This document shows, in pieces, positions 23,686 to 36,658 of a stretch of 64,000 nt of DNA. Numbering within the stretch: position 1 is the first letter of the stretch; each line of letters begins with the position of its first letter. The stretch comes from Octopus sinensis (Eukaryota), in the NCBI RefSeq assembly GCF_006345805.1, contig NC_043003.1, positions 105,090,001 through 105,154,000 of the forward strand. The letters run 5' to 3'. Below the pieces are notes generated by a model. The model ran no database searches, was not told where the DNA came from, and saw nothing but the letters and a program-made list of their open reading frames with translations. The position numbers and the translations under genes are program-made.

Positions 23686-24425
23686 GAAAATGCTGACAAA
23701 TAATTGAAGTAATTTAAGTAATTTAATTAGGTGAAAGTTCTTTTTACCGGTTGCGCATTTGTTATGCTTATCAAAATATAAAAGAGAGATTAGAGTCTGT
23801 CTCTTATATGTGAAAAAAAGAGGCTCCAGAGTTTTTTGGATTGCTTGGTTTCGCGCCTAAAATTTTGATTGGTCATTATGAAGGGGTCACGTGAATGTTT
23901 GAATGGAAGTTGGTGTTGGGGTAAGAAAAAAGCTCCAGAGAAGTTAAAATTTGGCTAGTGTCCCGCCTAAAATTTCTTTTGGCCATAATAAAGAGGTCAC
24001 GTGAATGTTTAGAATTTTCGAAAATAGTGTTGTTGAAAATTCTTATTGAAAATTCAATAAGAATTTTCAACAACACTATTTTCGAAAATTCTAAACATTC
24101 ACGTGACCTCTTTATTATGGCCAAAAAGAAATTTTAGGCGGGACACTAGCCAAATTTTAACTTCTCTGGAGCCTTTTTTCTTACCCCAACACCAACTTCC
24201 ATTCAAACATTCACGTGACCCCTTCATAATGACCAATCAAAATTTTAGGCGCGAAACCAAGCAAATCCAAAACAACTCTGGAGCCTCTTTTTTTCACATA
24301 TAAGAGACAGACTCTAATCTCTCTTTTATATTTTGATAAGCATAACAAATGCGCAACCGGTAAAAAGAACTTTCACCTAATTAAATTACTTAAATTACTT
24401 CATTATTTGTCAGCATTTTCTTCAT
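23681..24425. repeat. 745-bp near-perfect palindrome (about 370-bp arms, 2-nt loop at 24051-24052)
   Basis: ATGAAGAAAATGCTGAC...ATTGAA-AA-TTCAAT...GTCAGCATTTTCTTCAT. Confidence 0.92.
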
Positions 24426-24480
24426 TTCCTTTTTTATATATCACCACTCGTGTTCGACATCTCCTTTTTTTAAATATATA

Positions 24481-24520
<40 letters not shown>

Positions 24521-24789
24521 CACACACCACACACACCACACACACACACACACACACCATTTAAACAAAATGAACGAGACAAATAACTCGAGTTTCCAGT
24601 GTCATATATTTGAACAACTTAGGCAAGTACAGATCTGTCAAATACCATACACCATAGATTCTTAATTTATTGTGATTATTTCCGCATCTGGATGATGTAT
24701 CATAATTATATCAACTGGCAGTTAAGACTAACTCAACTTGGGAAGGGGAGATAATCTCAAGAATCAACAATTCTCCATCATTGACATTA

Positions 24790-25130
24790 AGGAAATGGAC
24801 AGGAGACAAGAGGACAATCGCATAAACGTGTTTCTGGCTCAATAGTCGTCATCAGCACGACTATTTTCCGATCTTATCCTATGCAGTCAATGGCATGTTT
24901 TGTTCTTCTTATGTTCGTCTAATAGACTTTTCCGGCAATGGATAAACGCCTCTGAGTTAATGGTGGTGGGTGACTTCCTCCAAAAGTGTCTCTTATTCTA
25001 CTCACACAGTTGCGAATAAACCATGTGGGAGTTTGGGGTGGTTGTTTGAGAATATACCGAAGAGGATAGCATCAATCATTCGCTTCATTGATTTAGATGT
25101 ATCAGAGATGAACACACACATTTTCAGTCA
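24790..25130 (-). pseudogene. Second Penelope-like element 3' relic (GIY-YIG tail followed by hammerhead-like motif)
   Basis: Minus translation QLCE*NKRHFWRKSPTTINSEAFIHCRKSLL resembles the PLE tail CxLC..EK..I....LN...E....CR; CUGAUGA...GAAA motif lies about 55 nt after the stop. Confidence 0.5.
24818..24860 (-). ncRNA. Degenerate hammerhead-like motif
   Basis: UCGUG-CUGAUGA-C-GAC-UAUUGA-GCC-A-GAAA-CACGUUU-A-UGCGA. Confidence 0.45.
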
Positions 25131-25479
25131 ATTAGATGACTTCAAGTACAAGTTTCAGGGACATAAACCTGTCCCTATCTTCAGTTGTTACTCCTTAACA
25201 ACTTTAGGTCAATGAAAGAACCTCCGCGTGGCCGTTCAGTCTGCTTAAAATAACAACTAAATGTAAAGGGGTAATGTAATTGTATATACTCCTAAAAGGG
25301 GCCGGGTGGTTAAATATCATTTGTATTTCCACGCATCACTCTGTCTAACTGTCAATGTAAAGTTTCCATCTTTGAATGTCCGTTATCGATCTTATGTACC
25401 TTGCATGTTTATTTATGCATCTCTTCCGTCACCTCCCTCTTTCCTTTCTTTATTACATACATAACGCCTAAATGAGTCA

Positions 25480-25640
25480 AAGAGCCTCGTTGACTCTAGC
25501 TTCTAGAAATAGCAACCCATCTCCCTCTACTCATACACCTTACCGTCATCAAAAGGTAGGGCATTAGTTCGAGACAACATTAAAACCAGATAGGGTGGTC
25601 ACAAATGGAAATAGAATGTTTTTCTTGCTCGATTAGGGTT
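25480..25640 (+). mobile_element. Repeat family C copy
   Basis: CTTCTAGAAATAGCAACCCATCTCCCTC...GCTCGATTAGGGTTGATCTGGGGCTAAC. Confidence 0.55.
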
Positions 25641-27764
25641 GATCTGGGGCTAACACTCCAGCAGGATATGAAGAGTCCCCTACGTGGTCTCTCGATTTAC
25701 TAAAAATGGCAGACTAAAAGTCTCCTTGAAGCTACATTCGCATTTCGTAATGTAGTCCGGAATACAATTCTTGAAAACCACACGGACGGCTGGAAAACCT
25801 TTCGTGATAAATGTCTGCTTAATCAACACTGACTTGGGGACTAAATAACGAGTGGATATGTAATAGATAATTATGCCAAATGATGTGAAGTAACAGAAAT
25901 GTCCTCCTTCCTGTGTTCCACGACCGGCTTGGTGTCGATATTATACACGCTTTTCTATAGACTCCAGCTGCAGTCGATAGTGATGATGATGATGATATCG
26001 ATCCAGTCGGTGTTATTCAATGGTTTCCGACGAGCATGTCGCAATAACCCCTGTGTGTCGTATGCAGTAGTTTGGTGTCGAGCATAGTAGTTCGTACATT
26101 AATCATCAGGTGACAAAGTAACGAGGCCCGCAGTAACGAAGTAAAATACGGATTTGGTCCACCTCTTCGCTACAAATACGTGCGGCCTTGTGCCAATCTA
26201 AGAAATCATAATTTATTCTCTACTGAATAAGGCGTTGCAACATTTCAAAGGACATAATGCTATGCGTTATTGATGACCGGTAATCAGTTCGATTTTGTTT
26301 TTATAACAGTTTACGCATGCACTAGCTCCAGTCTTGTTTGGGGGCTGTCTACAAGGGCCATCGGTGATTATATCAACTTCCACGGTTTGTAGCATTCTGG
26401 TAATTTTATCAATTCCTATTTACCGAACCTCTGCGAGACGCAACTTAAACAGCGACACAGTTGGACTTACAGGTGTGAACGTAAACACCGATACGGAGAC
26501 ACACGATGAAACCCTGTACTGCTTCCGTCTGTCAAATTCCACTCATAAAATATAAGTCAATCCCAAGTTATGACAGAAGACTCTTACCAAAGGGTGCTGC
26601 ACAGCAGAATCGAACTTGGAATGACGTGGTTGCGAGGCGAAAATCCTAACCACACAGCCATACTTGCGTCTATTGTTTAGCTTTGAGTTTTTCAAAACAT
26701 ACCTTGGCTTTCCTACCTCTGTTTTGAGATGAGAGTTTCCTTTACGTAGTAATTCGATTTGCTAAAAATAGCAGCCGAGTTTTCCTAAAATCATCATATC
26801 CTGCCGTCTGAATAAACGAATGTGTATCCACTCAATTTATCTGTGTATCTAACCATGTATTTAACGCATACGTATCTATACTATAATATCTATAATACTC
26901 TGACAGCAATAACCGTTTGCCTGGCTAATGTATCTAATTGGCAGCCTGACACCTTAATGTATCTCTCAGCATGTCTGTCTGTTTATGTATCCCTGTCTTT
27001 CCGGCTACTTTTCCCCGCAATGCTTGCTTCCTTGCTGCCTAGCTTCCCCCTTTCCTTCCGCTCATACACGCATCAAAACTAGCCAACGAGTGGTCCTCTA
27101 CTTAGTCGCTCAAGTTGCTAGAAATAACAGCCAGATATTCCTTTAATCACATTCTACCATTTTGAAAAGAGAGGAGTGCATTTGATAACGTAATTCTAAA
27201 TATGTAATACCTGATACAAGGACGTTATGACTGGAATGCTTTTGACCATTGGTCGGCATTAGTCCCGGCTGACTTGGTGATAAATAAAACATACATCTAT
27301 ATTATTGCGATGGGCAGAAATCCATTTATCCTTACTCACATTTTCTATTCTATGCATAATATAGTATGCTATATACACCTATGTAAAGAAAGTGAATTGA
27401 AAATTTTCGATCAACTGAAATAATCAGAGCAGTTAGCAAACAAAAACTTCCATTCAATCTTTTCTTCTTTTTTTTCGCTTTGTCAGTATTATAAGGATTG
27501 CCTCTGTGGCAAATGAAAGAAAGCATTATCTTTTGAAGTTGGGTATAGAAACCGGACACGTCTTCCAATTTATAAAATTTATGACGTCATATTTATATAC
27601 AGTTGTGGGGCGGGGTGTAAATATTTATAGCAACTGTGTGTGTGTGTGTGTGTGTGTATATATAACAATCGTTTACAGATCCCAGGTTTTCACCTGTCTT
27701 TTATGAAAAACCGGTCATTAAAGGAGTTACAAGGTTCTCATGTGTGAATGCGTGTATCTTATAT

Positions 27765-28380
27765 ATTTTACTTGTTTCAGTCATTGGACTGCGGCCATGC
27801 TGGAGCACTGTCTTGAAATGTTTCTAGTCGAACAAATCTACCCCAGTACTTACCTATTTAGTTGGTTTCTTTTGCCGAATCTCTAGGTTGCGGGGACCTA
27901 AACAAACCAACAACGGTTGTCAAGCTGTGGAGTGGATAAACACACTCGCAAAGATGCATACATTCACACAAACACATATATAATATAATGGTAAAAAGCT
28001 TGCTTTTTAACCATATGGTTCGAGGTTCAGTCCCACTGCGTGGCACCTTGGACATGTGTCTTCTACTATAGCCTCGGGCTGACCAAAGCTTTGTGAGTGG
28101 ATTTAGTAGACAGAAACTGAAAGAAGCCCGTCATATATATGTATATATCTATGTGAGCGTGTCTTTGTGTCTGTGTTTTCCCCACCCCCACCATCGCTCG
28201 ACAACCGATGTTGGTATGTTTACGTCTCCGTTAGCTAGCGGTTCGGTAAATAGACCGATAGAATAGGTACTAAGCTTTAAAAGAAAGTAAGTCCTGGGGT
28301 CGATTTGTTCGACTAAAACCTGTCAAGGCAGTGCCCCTGTATGGCCGTAGTCAAAAATTACTGAAACAAGTAAAAGGTAA
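27765..28380. mobile_element. Two fused SINE family A pieces (minus partial, then plus)
   Basis: Tail in reverse at 27770; CCATATGGTTCGAGGTTCAGTCCCACTGCG from 28011 running to a tail at 28375. Confidence 0.8.
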
Positions 28381-28383
28381 ACG

Positions 28384-28424
<41 letters not shown>

Positions 28425-28428
<4 letters not shown>

Positions 28429-28625
28429 CTCGGTCATTTCAAATGTAACCACATGTGAATCGTTATCGATTTTCTTCCCTCGTCTTCCTTTCTATTGGAC
28501 TTTCTTCTGTTTCCGAAGAAGAGCGTCTGTTCGAAAGGTTAAACCATCTTTCCTTCCTTCCCTGAGCGTCTGCTAATACATTACATGTACCACGTCTTCG
28601 CGTTGTTGTGTTTGTTGGTTTTGGG
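28425..28625 (+). mobile_element. Penelope-like terminal fragment after (AT)n
   Basis: Homologous to the reverse complement of 2771-2950 (CTTCC..GAGCGT..CTAATACAT...GTCTTCG). Confidence 0.5.
28509..28544 (+). ncRNA. Hammerhead-like motif with variant core
   Basis: GUUU-CCGAAGA-A-GAGC-GUCU-GUUC-GAAA-GGU-U-AAAC. Confidence 0.5.
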
Positions 28626-28824
28626 ACTTACTATGTATTTATGTATGTATGACGGGCTTCCACACAGTTTCCGTCTACCAACTTCTTCACTCACAAGGCA
28701 TTGCTAGACCCTGAGCTATAGTAAATGACTCTTGACCAAGCTGACGTACGATGTGACTGAACCCGAACTTCAGTGGTCGTAAAGCGACTTCTTAATTATA
28801 CGGCCATTCCTATGTCTGTAGTAA

Positions 28825-28880
<56 letters not shown>

Positions 28881-29020
28881 TGTGTGTGTGTAAAATATAT
28901 CAATAAAATGTGTGCGATATTTTCCTTCCAAATTGTTGTTTTCATTGAATGTTTATTAAAATTTACCACAGAGATTTGGAGTCTAACAGGAGTATTAAGA
29001 TTAACTGAGATTTGTAGCTA

Positions 29021-29192
29021 AGGCGCAGGCGTGGCTGTGTGGTAAGAACCTTGCTTCCCAACCACATGGTTCGGGGTTCAGTCCCACTGCGTGGCACTTT
29101 GGGCAAGTGTCTTCTACTGTAGCCTCGGCCCAACCAAAACCTTGTGAGTGGATTTGGTAGACGGAACTGAAAGAAGCCTGTTGCATATATAT

Positions 29193-29240
<48 letters not shown>

Positions 29241-29256
29241 TATACATATGTATATG

Positions 29257-29289
<33 letters not shown>

Positions 29290-29512
29290 ATATTTGTGTG
29301 TCTGTACTTGTCCCCACCACTAACGCTTAATAACCGAGGTTGGTCTGTTTACGTCCCCGTAACTTAGCGGTTCGGAAAAAGCGAATGATAGAATAACTAC
29401 TAGGCTTACAAAGAATAAGTCCTGGGGTCAATTTGTTCGACTAATGGCGGTGCTCCAGCATAGGCGCAGCCAAATGACTGAAACAAGTAAAAGTATATAA
29501 AAGTAAAAGAAT
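29021..29512 (+). mobile_element. SINE family A with expanded internal microsatellite
   Basis: Full head-to-tail match. Confidence 0.9.
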
Positions 29513-30120
29513 AATATGACTAGCTAGTGTAATTCTCTTGTAGTTTGGCGCTACTTTACGCTGGTAAATCTTTCTTGGTTTATTCAACTCTCTCCTCGCC
29601 CAAAGAAGGTGGAGCAATCACTTCTTGGCAATTTGGGCCAACTACGAGCGATAAAGGGGATCATCTCAAGAATAAAGATTTTTCCAAAACTGACTTGCCA
29701 TTAGAGAAAAGTTGGTCAAATTGTCTGAACACAGGAGACCAGCTCTGGACACGTTCCTGCATCAATAAGTGTCAATAAGTACAGTAGTTTCCCTACATTA
29801 TTTCCTTTGGAACAAGATAGACCTAAACAAAAACGAGTAGAACACGTTTATGACCTTGGGAATTTGCACATATAAAACGAAAATGGGGCATGAGAAATAA
29901 CACTGAATGGGGAAGTGCACACCGTACTGATGATGCCTGTTGAGCAGAAACACCACTCCACAGCGGTCCTCTTGTTTCCAATCAAACTGCCTTAATGACA
30001 CGCCCTGTATCTATGTGTGTCATATATATATATTTACTGCAATTTTTGTAGCCTTATTAAAGATGTCTCCGTACGAAACAATTGTACTGAAATATTGATC
30101 CATTCTTGTTGCTTTTTTCC

Positions 30121-30192
<72 letters not shown>

Positions 30193-30279
30193 TATATTGT
30201 ATTAGAGAAAGAAAAAAAAGAAGCAGAACGAGTATCTCAGTCATTTAGAATAATTTAATTAGGGTAAAGTGAATTTGAA

Positions 30280-30354
30280 GTCTTACAGCTGTTTCTGTGA
30301 TAACTCTAGTAGTAGGTTAACATGTCTACACATGGACTTCCCGTCATCAGAGGC
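30280..30354 (-). ncRNA. Type I hammerhead-like motif, intact core, extended stem II loop
   Basis: GCCU-CUGAUGA-C-GGGA-(about 38 nt)-UCAC-A-GAAA-CAGCUGU-A-AGAC. Confidence 0.62.
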
Positions 30355-30638
30355 AAGGTATGAATATTTTCAACAAGGAAAATTTACTGTTTACAAAGAA
30401 TAAAATTCACATTTTATAAGGAATAAAATGAAAAATAAAAGAGTAAAAAAATACCGACCAACATCCATATCCTCTGGAAAAAAATGAATTGTGAACATTA
30501 TTCTCCAGTCTATATTCTTCTAACTACCTTTACTCTTTATTCTTCTATTTACTCCTTTATTCTATTTTATTCCTTATAAACTATGAATTTTATTCCTTGT
30601 AAACTGTAAATTTTCCTTGTCTAAAATATTCATACCTT

Positions 30639-30714
30639 GTCTGTGATGACGGGGTGCCCAGTGTGTGGACATGTTATCCTACCACTTGTATTATCCCAGA
30701 AACGGCCGTAAGAC
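30639..30714 (+). ncRNA. Type I hammerhead-like motif, paralogue of 30280-30354
   Basis: GUCU-GUGAUGA-C-GGGG-(about 39 nt)-UCCC-A-GAAA-CGGCCGU-A-AGAC. Confidence 0.58.
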
Positions 30715-30744
30715 TTCCACGCCGCAAGTGTTATCCAAGGGATA

Positions 30745-30930
30745 AGCAACAGCAGATACAGCTTGGCACCAGTAACATCGCAACTCATTTCTACAGCTGA
30801 GTGAAGTGGAGCAACGTGAAATGAAGTGTCTTGCTCAAGAACACAACACGCAGCCCGGTCTGGGATTCGAGCTCACAACCTCACGATCGTGAGCTCGACG
30901 CTCTAACCACTGAGCCATGCGGCCTTCACA
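30745..30930 (-). mobile_element. tRNA-derived SINE family E
   Basis: Minus: GGCTCAGTGGTTAGAGCG...CTCGAATCCC...TTCTTGAGCAAGACACTT...CACTCAGCTGTAGAAATGAG; related copies at about 35455-35720 (+) and 60040-60250 (-). Confidence 0.75.
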
Positions 30931-31079
30931 TATATGTGTGTTGTATATATATTATATATATATATATATAATATATAATATATTATATAATATATATGTA
31001 TATAATATATATTATATACAATATATGTAATATACATACATACGTACATATGAAAGTGCGTATGAAAGTGTATAAACCT

Positions 31080-31640
31080 TTTTCCTGTATCTCACAGCTA
31101 CTGTCTACCTCATACGGTGAAGTAGGAAGCAACCTTAATGTTTGTCTTCCCTGGCAGTACGCTGCCTCTTCTTCAGCAGAACTCCTGCTAAGCCGTCACG
31201 CAGTCACAAAGTGTAAATGGGTGTTGTGGAGCGTCAAAATAACTTGGCAGAGAATCTGAAAGCAGCAGTGGGCCCCAGTGATACATTATGCAGTCATACA
31301 TTACTCTGGTGGATGTGCTCTGACATTTATCAATTACGTTCTGCCTTGCTATTTTGTGAGTGGGTCCCAGAAGTCCAAAGGAGCTCACTCTGTGGCGATG
31401 ACGGTCAACTTTAAGGAGGTTTCCGACAGGCTAGACTTCGGGCATCCTCCTTGTTGAAAGTACCAATCGTTTTCAGTTGCCTCTGCTGTTGTATCTCCTT
31501 CACTGTGAATATTTTAGGAAGTACCCACGATATATACTTCCACTTCCGTAATTTCTTCTTTCTTCAGAGTACATAATAGATTAGCATAAGGCATCAACAA
31601 CGCGATTCTGTGATCACCTGTGTGATTGCATCCCCGTTGC
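31080..31640 (-). pseudogene. Possible RTE-like LINE AP-endonuclease relic
   Basis: Fragments IGTFN and NVID...STRVMYDCIMYHWGPLLLS loosely resemble GDFNA and IDY...TRVM.GADCWTDH.LL.S; heavily broken. Confidence 0.35.
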
Positions 31641-31880
31641 TGTTGCGCCTTAAAGAGCGTGTTTATCATAAGATGCACAGTTGAAGAAGATGGCCATCAC
31701 TGAATTCGTTGGACAACTATAAGCAGCTAAACAAGTCTTCTACTCACACCCTTGAGGAGTAACAATGAGGAAAAGAAGAATACTGTGAATGGGAAAGGAA
31801 AAGGCTGCATACATAATTTATAAGCGGTGGTGCCCCAGCATGGCCGCGGCCTTCGGGCTAAAACATTTTTAAGGATTTAA

Positions 31881-31953
<73 letters not shown>

Positions 31954-34900
31954 GCGCAAGAACAGACATGCCACACACTCAAGAACATGCACTAATCAAT
32001 CAACTTGTTCAGAGCCCAATATCAATGAACACCAACGCTACCTTACAGATAGCGTGTTCGCGCTAGTGCGTATGTGTGTGTATGCGTATAGATAGATATG
32101 CAAGTTGTGTGTATATACTTCTATAAGATATATAAATATGGATATATATATATATAGGCACACACACACAGACATATATATATATGCATATATACATACA
32201 CACATATTTATACAAACATTACATACATACACACACACACACAATGTATATGTACATAATATACATGTGTGTGCTTTTGAATGTGTTAGGCATAAATAGC
32301 AGTACCAGATATGTGTAATGTACATTAAAGCATCTGTTTGTGCGTGTGCTGTATTATTGATGTGGGATTTAAAAAGAGAAATAAATCGTCGCCCATTAAC
32401 AGCTGAGAGAGGTTGACTGATAATCATCGGCTTAAAGGGGGGGGGGTGGGGCATACTACGCAAAAACAAGAACGTAGAATGGTTTGCGATGTTTAGTTAC
32501 GTCCCTTTATCCTTCGGCTCGAGTTCGCACCGAGTTAGCTTTATTTCTTATCTCCTGGGTCGATTTAATCGAAGATTCCTTTCGTTCCAAAATGCCAGGC
32601 CCGATGCCCGACATGAGAAATGACTAGAGAAACAATATTGCTGTTACTTAGCTCCGGGTCAGTAATGACAAATCAGTCACATGATCAAAGGCGTTCCGGC
32701 TATGACTAACTACCCTCTCCCATCAATTTTCCATATGATAAAATGTACATGCATGGATGTATGTGTGTGTGTGTGTAGATAGATATGGATGTATGTGTAT
32801 ATAATATATATATATATGTGTGTGTGTGTGTATGAATATATATATATATATGTATGTATTTATATATTATATGTATGTGTGTGTGCATGCGCATCTATAC
32901 ATGTATGTATGCATACACGTATTAATTTACGTGTTTAAGTGGTAGTAGTAGTAGTGCACAAAGTTTAATATTTGTGTACATACACACATGCATACATACC
33001 AATGTGTGTGTGTACGTACGTACGTATGTATAAGCGAATGCAAAATGATATGAGAAAACTCTTGTAGCCGCAAATCAAAATCTATCTGGAAGCACTTGTT
33101 AGTCTTGTCATCATGAAAAAAATGGTCTTATCTCATTTCTCTCAATATCTATATTTATATGTCGATTGTAAATTAAAGGTAAAGGTTGACTGTCAAAATC
33201 TTTGACCTTAATCTAGTTATTTTATTTCATTTTTTGTTTTTGTTGTTCCCATATATTTTGCTGTTCTAATATTATATAATTGTAGATGTTAGCGACATTT
33301 CACTCAGATTTGCCGCAAAATGTCAAAGGTTTCTTTCTCTCTGGAGTTCATTTGCTCTTAGATAAAATGTGTGACATTTTAGTGTGTCTCTAAAATACAT
33401 CTGTACAAGGATGTATATAATAAAACGAAAAAAGTAAATAGAAAAACAAGAGAAAAACACATGTCCGAGTGTTTTCGACCTGCTAGAAATAGTTGTCAAA
33501 TCTCCCTCTAAACACACCCTGTTGTCTTTGGTGACATGGTGCGTTGGGTGATGTAATCCCTAGAAACTCTATGTATGGAATAAAAGACGGGAAGATGGCG
33601 GTTGATAGGCTTTGATTTCTGGTCTAGTCTTCTTTAAAGAACCTTTAAACATGCACCTCACTTCTCTTCTCGTGTGCATTGTTTTTCTGTTGAGTTTCCT
33701 GTTAGTCTTAAGAAATTTTATTCTGATAGCTTCTTTCCGAGAGCCGCTACTCAGTGAAACTTGTCACCATCCATTATCTTGTGCTCTTCTTGTTTTCCTC
33801 TGGTCTGTGATTGATATTCAATCCTTTAAAGTTTCTGTCAATTGACGTCCTTTGAATTTGTAGGCCTCTTGTTTTTCCTTCTTTGTGGTCCCGTATGCTA
33901 CTTGTCCCCTCAAGCCTTGTTTGGGAGAAAATAATATTTTAGAAAGAAAACTCTGAAGTTTGTTTATATAGCTTTATTCAACAGCAGCCTGTCATAAGGG
34001 ACTTGGCTATTTACCTCAAATGATGAGACTGGTAGCTAGATGTAGCAGTGAGAGACCGTGGATATTTTGTTTTAATTCCAAATCACTGAAGAATCACGTT
34101 CTTCCGGGATGCAAAATTTTTTTCCCACGAGAGTTCCGGACCCCAGTTATGAACTCATTTGTATACAGCCAATCAGAACTCAACAATCAAACTAATTTAT
34201 GAGCGTATAACAAGTGATGGGCGATAAGATAAGGTCACTTGGGTAAGGAATGACCATGTTTCTTTTCACTCTTAAGAATGCTTGTTGTTCTGGTTCTTTT
34301 TCCAACCATGGCTGCCTCTGCATAGTTATGTTGTTGTTTACTTTGTAAAGCAGAAGAGGGAGGGGATTGCTAGTACATCACCCTCTACCCACATTTTTCC
34401 CATCCACATCTTTACCATATGGGGCCCTAACAAAATCCGATAACAGGTATAGATGCAAATTTATCTAATTACTTGTCCCCTTCTAAAATCAGGTTTAACT
34501 TGGTGATCGGTCAACTTACAACACCGTTATTCGTCTTGAGTTTACGTGGTAGAGTGTGTTCATTAACTTGACAACAAAGTCGAGGTGAGGACATTTCAAG
34601 ACAAAGTTGCCAGAGAAGTAAATGGAATGAAAAAACGTTGGAGTGTTCCGAAGACAGCATATCTTTTAGTTGCAAAAAATGATATTCGGGTGGAAGATCC
34701 AGTCCAGACTCGGCAGACAAAAGCAAAACAACAAAAAACAAAACTAGTCTGAAATTAATGACTTGAAAGTTCAGTTCAGTTCCCTCAAGATCAAGATTCT
34801 GCAGATAACCGAATGTACGTTGCCATGGTTACCAATATGAAGTATATACTGCCGTCAATTGTATCGATCACACATCTTTTAATGTCTCTTCAGCCCTTTG

Positions 34901-35053
34901 AAGAAAGTGAAACTTCATTTTATGTTTTGAGAGAGGATGATGATTGTGATGATGACGATGATGATGATGATGTCTACCAACATAAGCATGTTGTTTAGCC
35001 CCATCCTTGGCCTTGAGCAAGTACGTTTATACTAAAAAGATATTCCACCCTTT

Positions 35054-35421
35054 AAAAGTGAAAGTAAATTGTCCTAAAAGCGAAAGTAAATTGCGATAGA
35101 AACCGGAAATGACGACAGAGGGGCTATGGATGCTCTCCAAAAAGAAACTTAGGCAACAGTGTGGAACTAGTGAGGACTTATAGCATAATCTTTGTGAGCA
35201 TGTGTAGCGAAACATATTGAGAGATCGTGAAAAACGACGAATCTCATTCCATGTATCAATGACTTATGTTTTCCTGTAATTGGGATAGTTTTCATCTTAT
35301 ATAGAATATATGTACGGTTTTCAACGGTTATGTCACGTTGTTTACTTGAAATTATGGGTTGTCACTTTCGGTTCATATCACAATTTACTTTCATTTTTTA
35401 GGGAAATTTACTTTCACTTTT
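35054..35421. mobile_element. MITE-like element with about 60-bp imperfect TIRs
   Basis: AAAAGTGAAAGTAAATTGTCCTAAAAGCGAAAGTAAATTG vs CAATTTACTTTCATTTTTTAGGGAAATTTACTTTCACTTTT. Confidence 0.55.
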
Positions 35422-35769
35422 TTTACGACGATAAACCACATATTAACCCATGGAAGTGTGGAGGTGCATAGCATTGTGGTCAGGGGTGATGGATGCATGA
35501 TCGTGTAAGATTATGGTTTCGATTCCTGGATCGGGCGATACGTTGTATTCTTAAGCCAGGCACTTCATTTCACGCTACTCTAGTCCATTCACTTGGCAAA
35601 GTGAATTGTCCTTCGACGGACCGGCGTCCAGGGAGGAATATATACGGCAGAGAAACCGGTCCTATGCCCCTTACGGACCAATGTGGACTAACTATGATCA
35701 GAAGTATTCCAGCAATGATCATCATCCATCGTGTCTTTTATATGAATCTCCTGAAAGTTTGGGGGAGGC

Positions 35770-36095
35770 TGCCAGTCAATTATATCGACCCCGAAAGGAT
35801 GAAAAGCAAAGTCGACCTCTGTGGAATTTGAACTCAGAACGTTGTGACGGACGAAATACCTATTTCTTTACTACCCACAAGGCGCTAAACACAGAGGGGA
35901 CAAACAAGGACAGACAAACGGATTTTGTCGATTATATCGACCCCAATGCGTAACTGGTACTTAATTTATCGACCCCGAAAGGATGAAAGGCAAAGTCGAC
36001 CTCGGCGGAATTTGAACTCAGAACGTAACGGCAGACGAAATCTGGTTACGCATTTCGCCCGGCGTGCTAACGTTTCTGCCAGCTCGACGCCTTGT
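35770..36095 (-). mobile_element. SINE family B, tandem dimer
   Basis: Two successive ATCGACCCCGAAAGGATGAAA units joined at GACGAAATACCTATTTCTTTAC. Confidence 0.88.
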
Positions 36096-36303
36096 CTTTC
36101 AGATGAATCTAACACTTGCTTTAAACAACGAGGTTTTGATAGGGGGCGGAGATTTGGCTGCTGTTTTTGAATTTCTGAAAGATCGAATGACTACGTGTGC
36201 ATGCGCGTGCGCACGTGTTTGTATTTGTGTGTGTGTTTTCCGTTCTGTTATTCTTGGGTGTGTGTGTATGTGTCCTCTGTTACTCTTCTCGTCACATAAC
36301 CAT

Positions 36304-36658
36304 ACTCTTTTACTCTTTTAATCGACCCCGGGACTTATTCTTTGTAAGCCCAGTACTTATTCTATCGGTCTCTTTTGCCGAACCGCTAAGTAACGGGGAC
36401 GTAAACACACCAGCATCGGTTGTCAAGCAATGCTAGGGGGACAAACACACACACACAAAAATATACACACACATATATATATATATACATATATACGACA
36501 GGCTTCTTTCAGTTTCCGTCTACCAAATCCACTCACAAGGCATTGGTCGGCCCGGGGCAATAGCAGAAGACACTTGCCCAAGATGCCACGCAGTGGGACT
36601 GAACCCGGAACCATGTGGTTGGTTAGCAAGCTACTTACCACACAGCCACTCCTGCGCC
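36304..36658 (-). mobile_element. SINE family A
   Basis: Reverse complement match, tail partly deleted. Confidence 0.9.

Larger units (their letters stand above)
30200..30725. mobile_element. Penelope-like terminus with diverged inverted partial duplication, following (AT)n
   Basis: About 30278-30430 is a diverged reverse complement of about 30565-30716; each arm carries a hammerhead motif. Confidence 0.7.

Noticed and set aside
29920-29965. CUGAUGA-UGC...GCA-GAAA motif
   Set aside because: No pairing stem III, NUH site or stem I could be built.
29545-30001. Possible LINE endonuclease or RT remnant
   Set aside because: No diagnostic motif recognisable in any frame.
34568-34752. Open frame LDNKVEVRTFQDKVAREVNGMKKRWSVPKTAYLL...
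   Set aside because: No start codon, splice sites or recognisable family.
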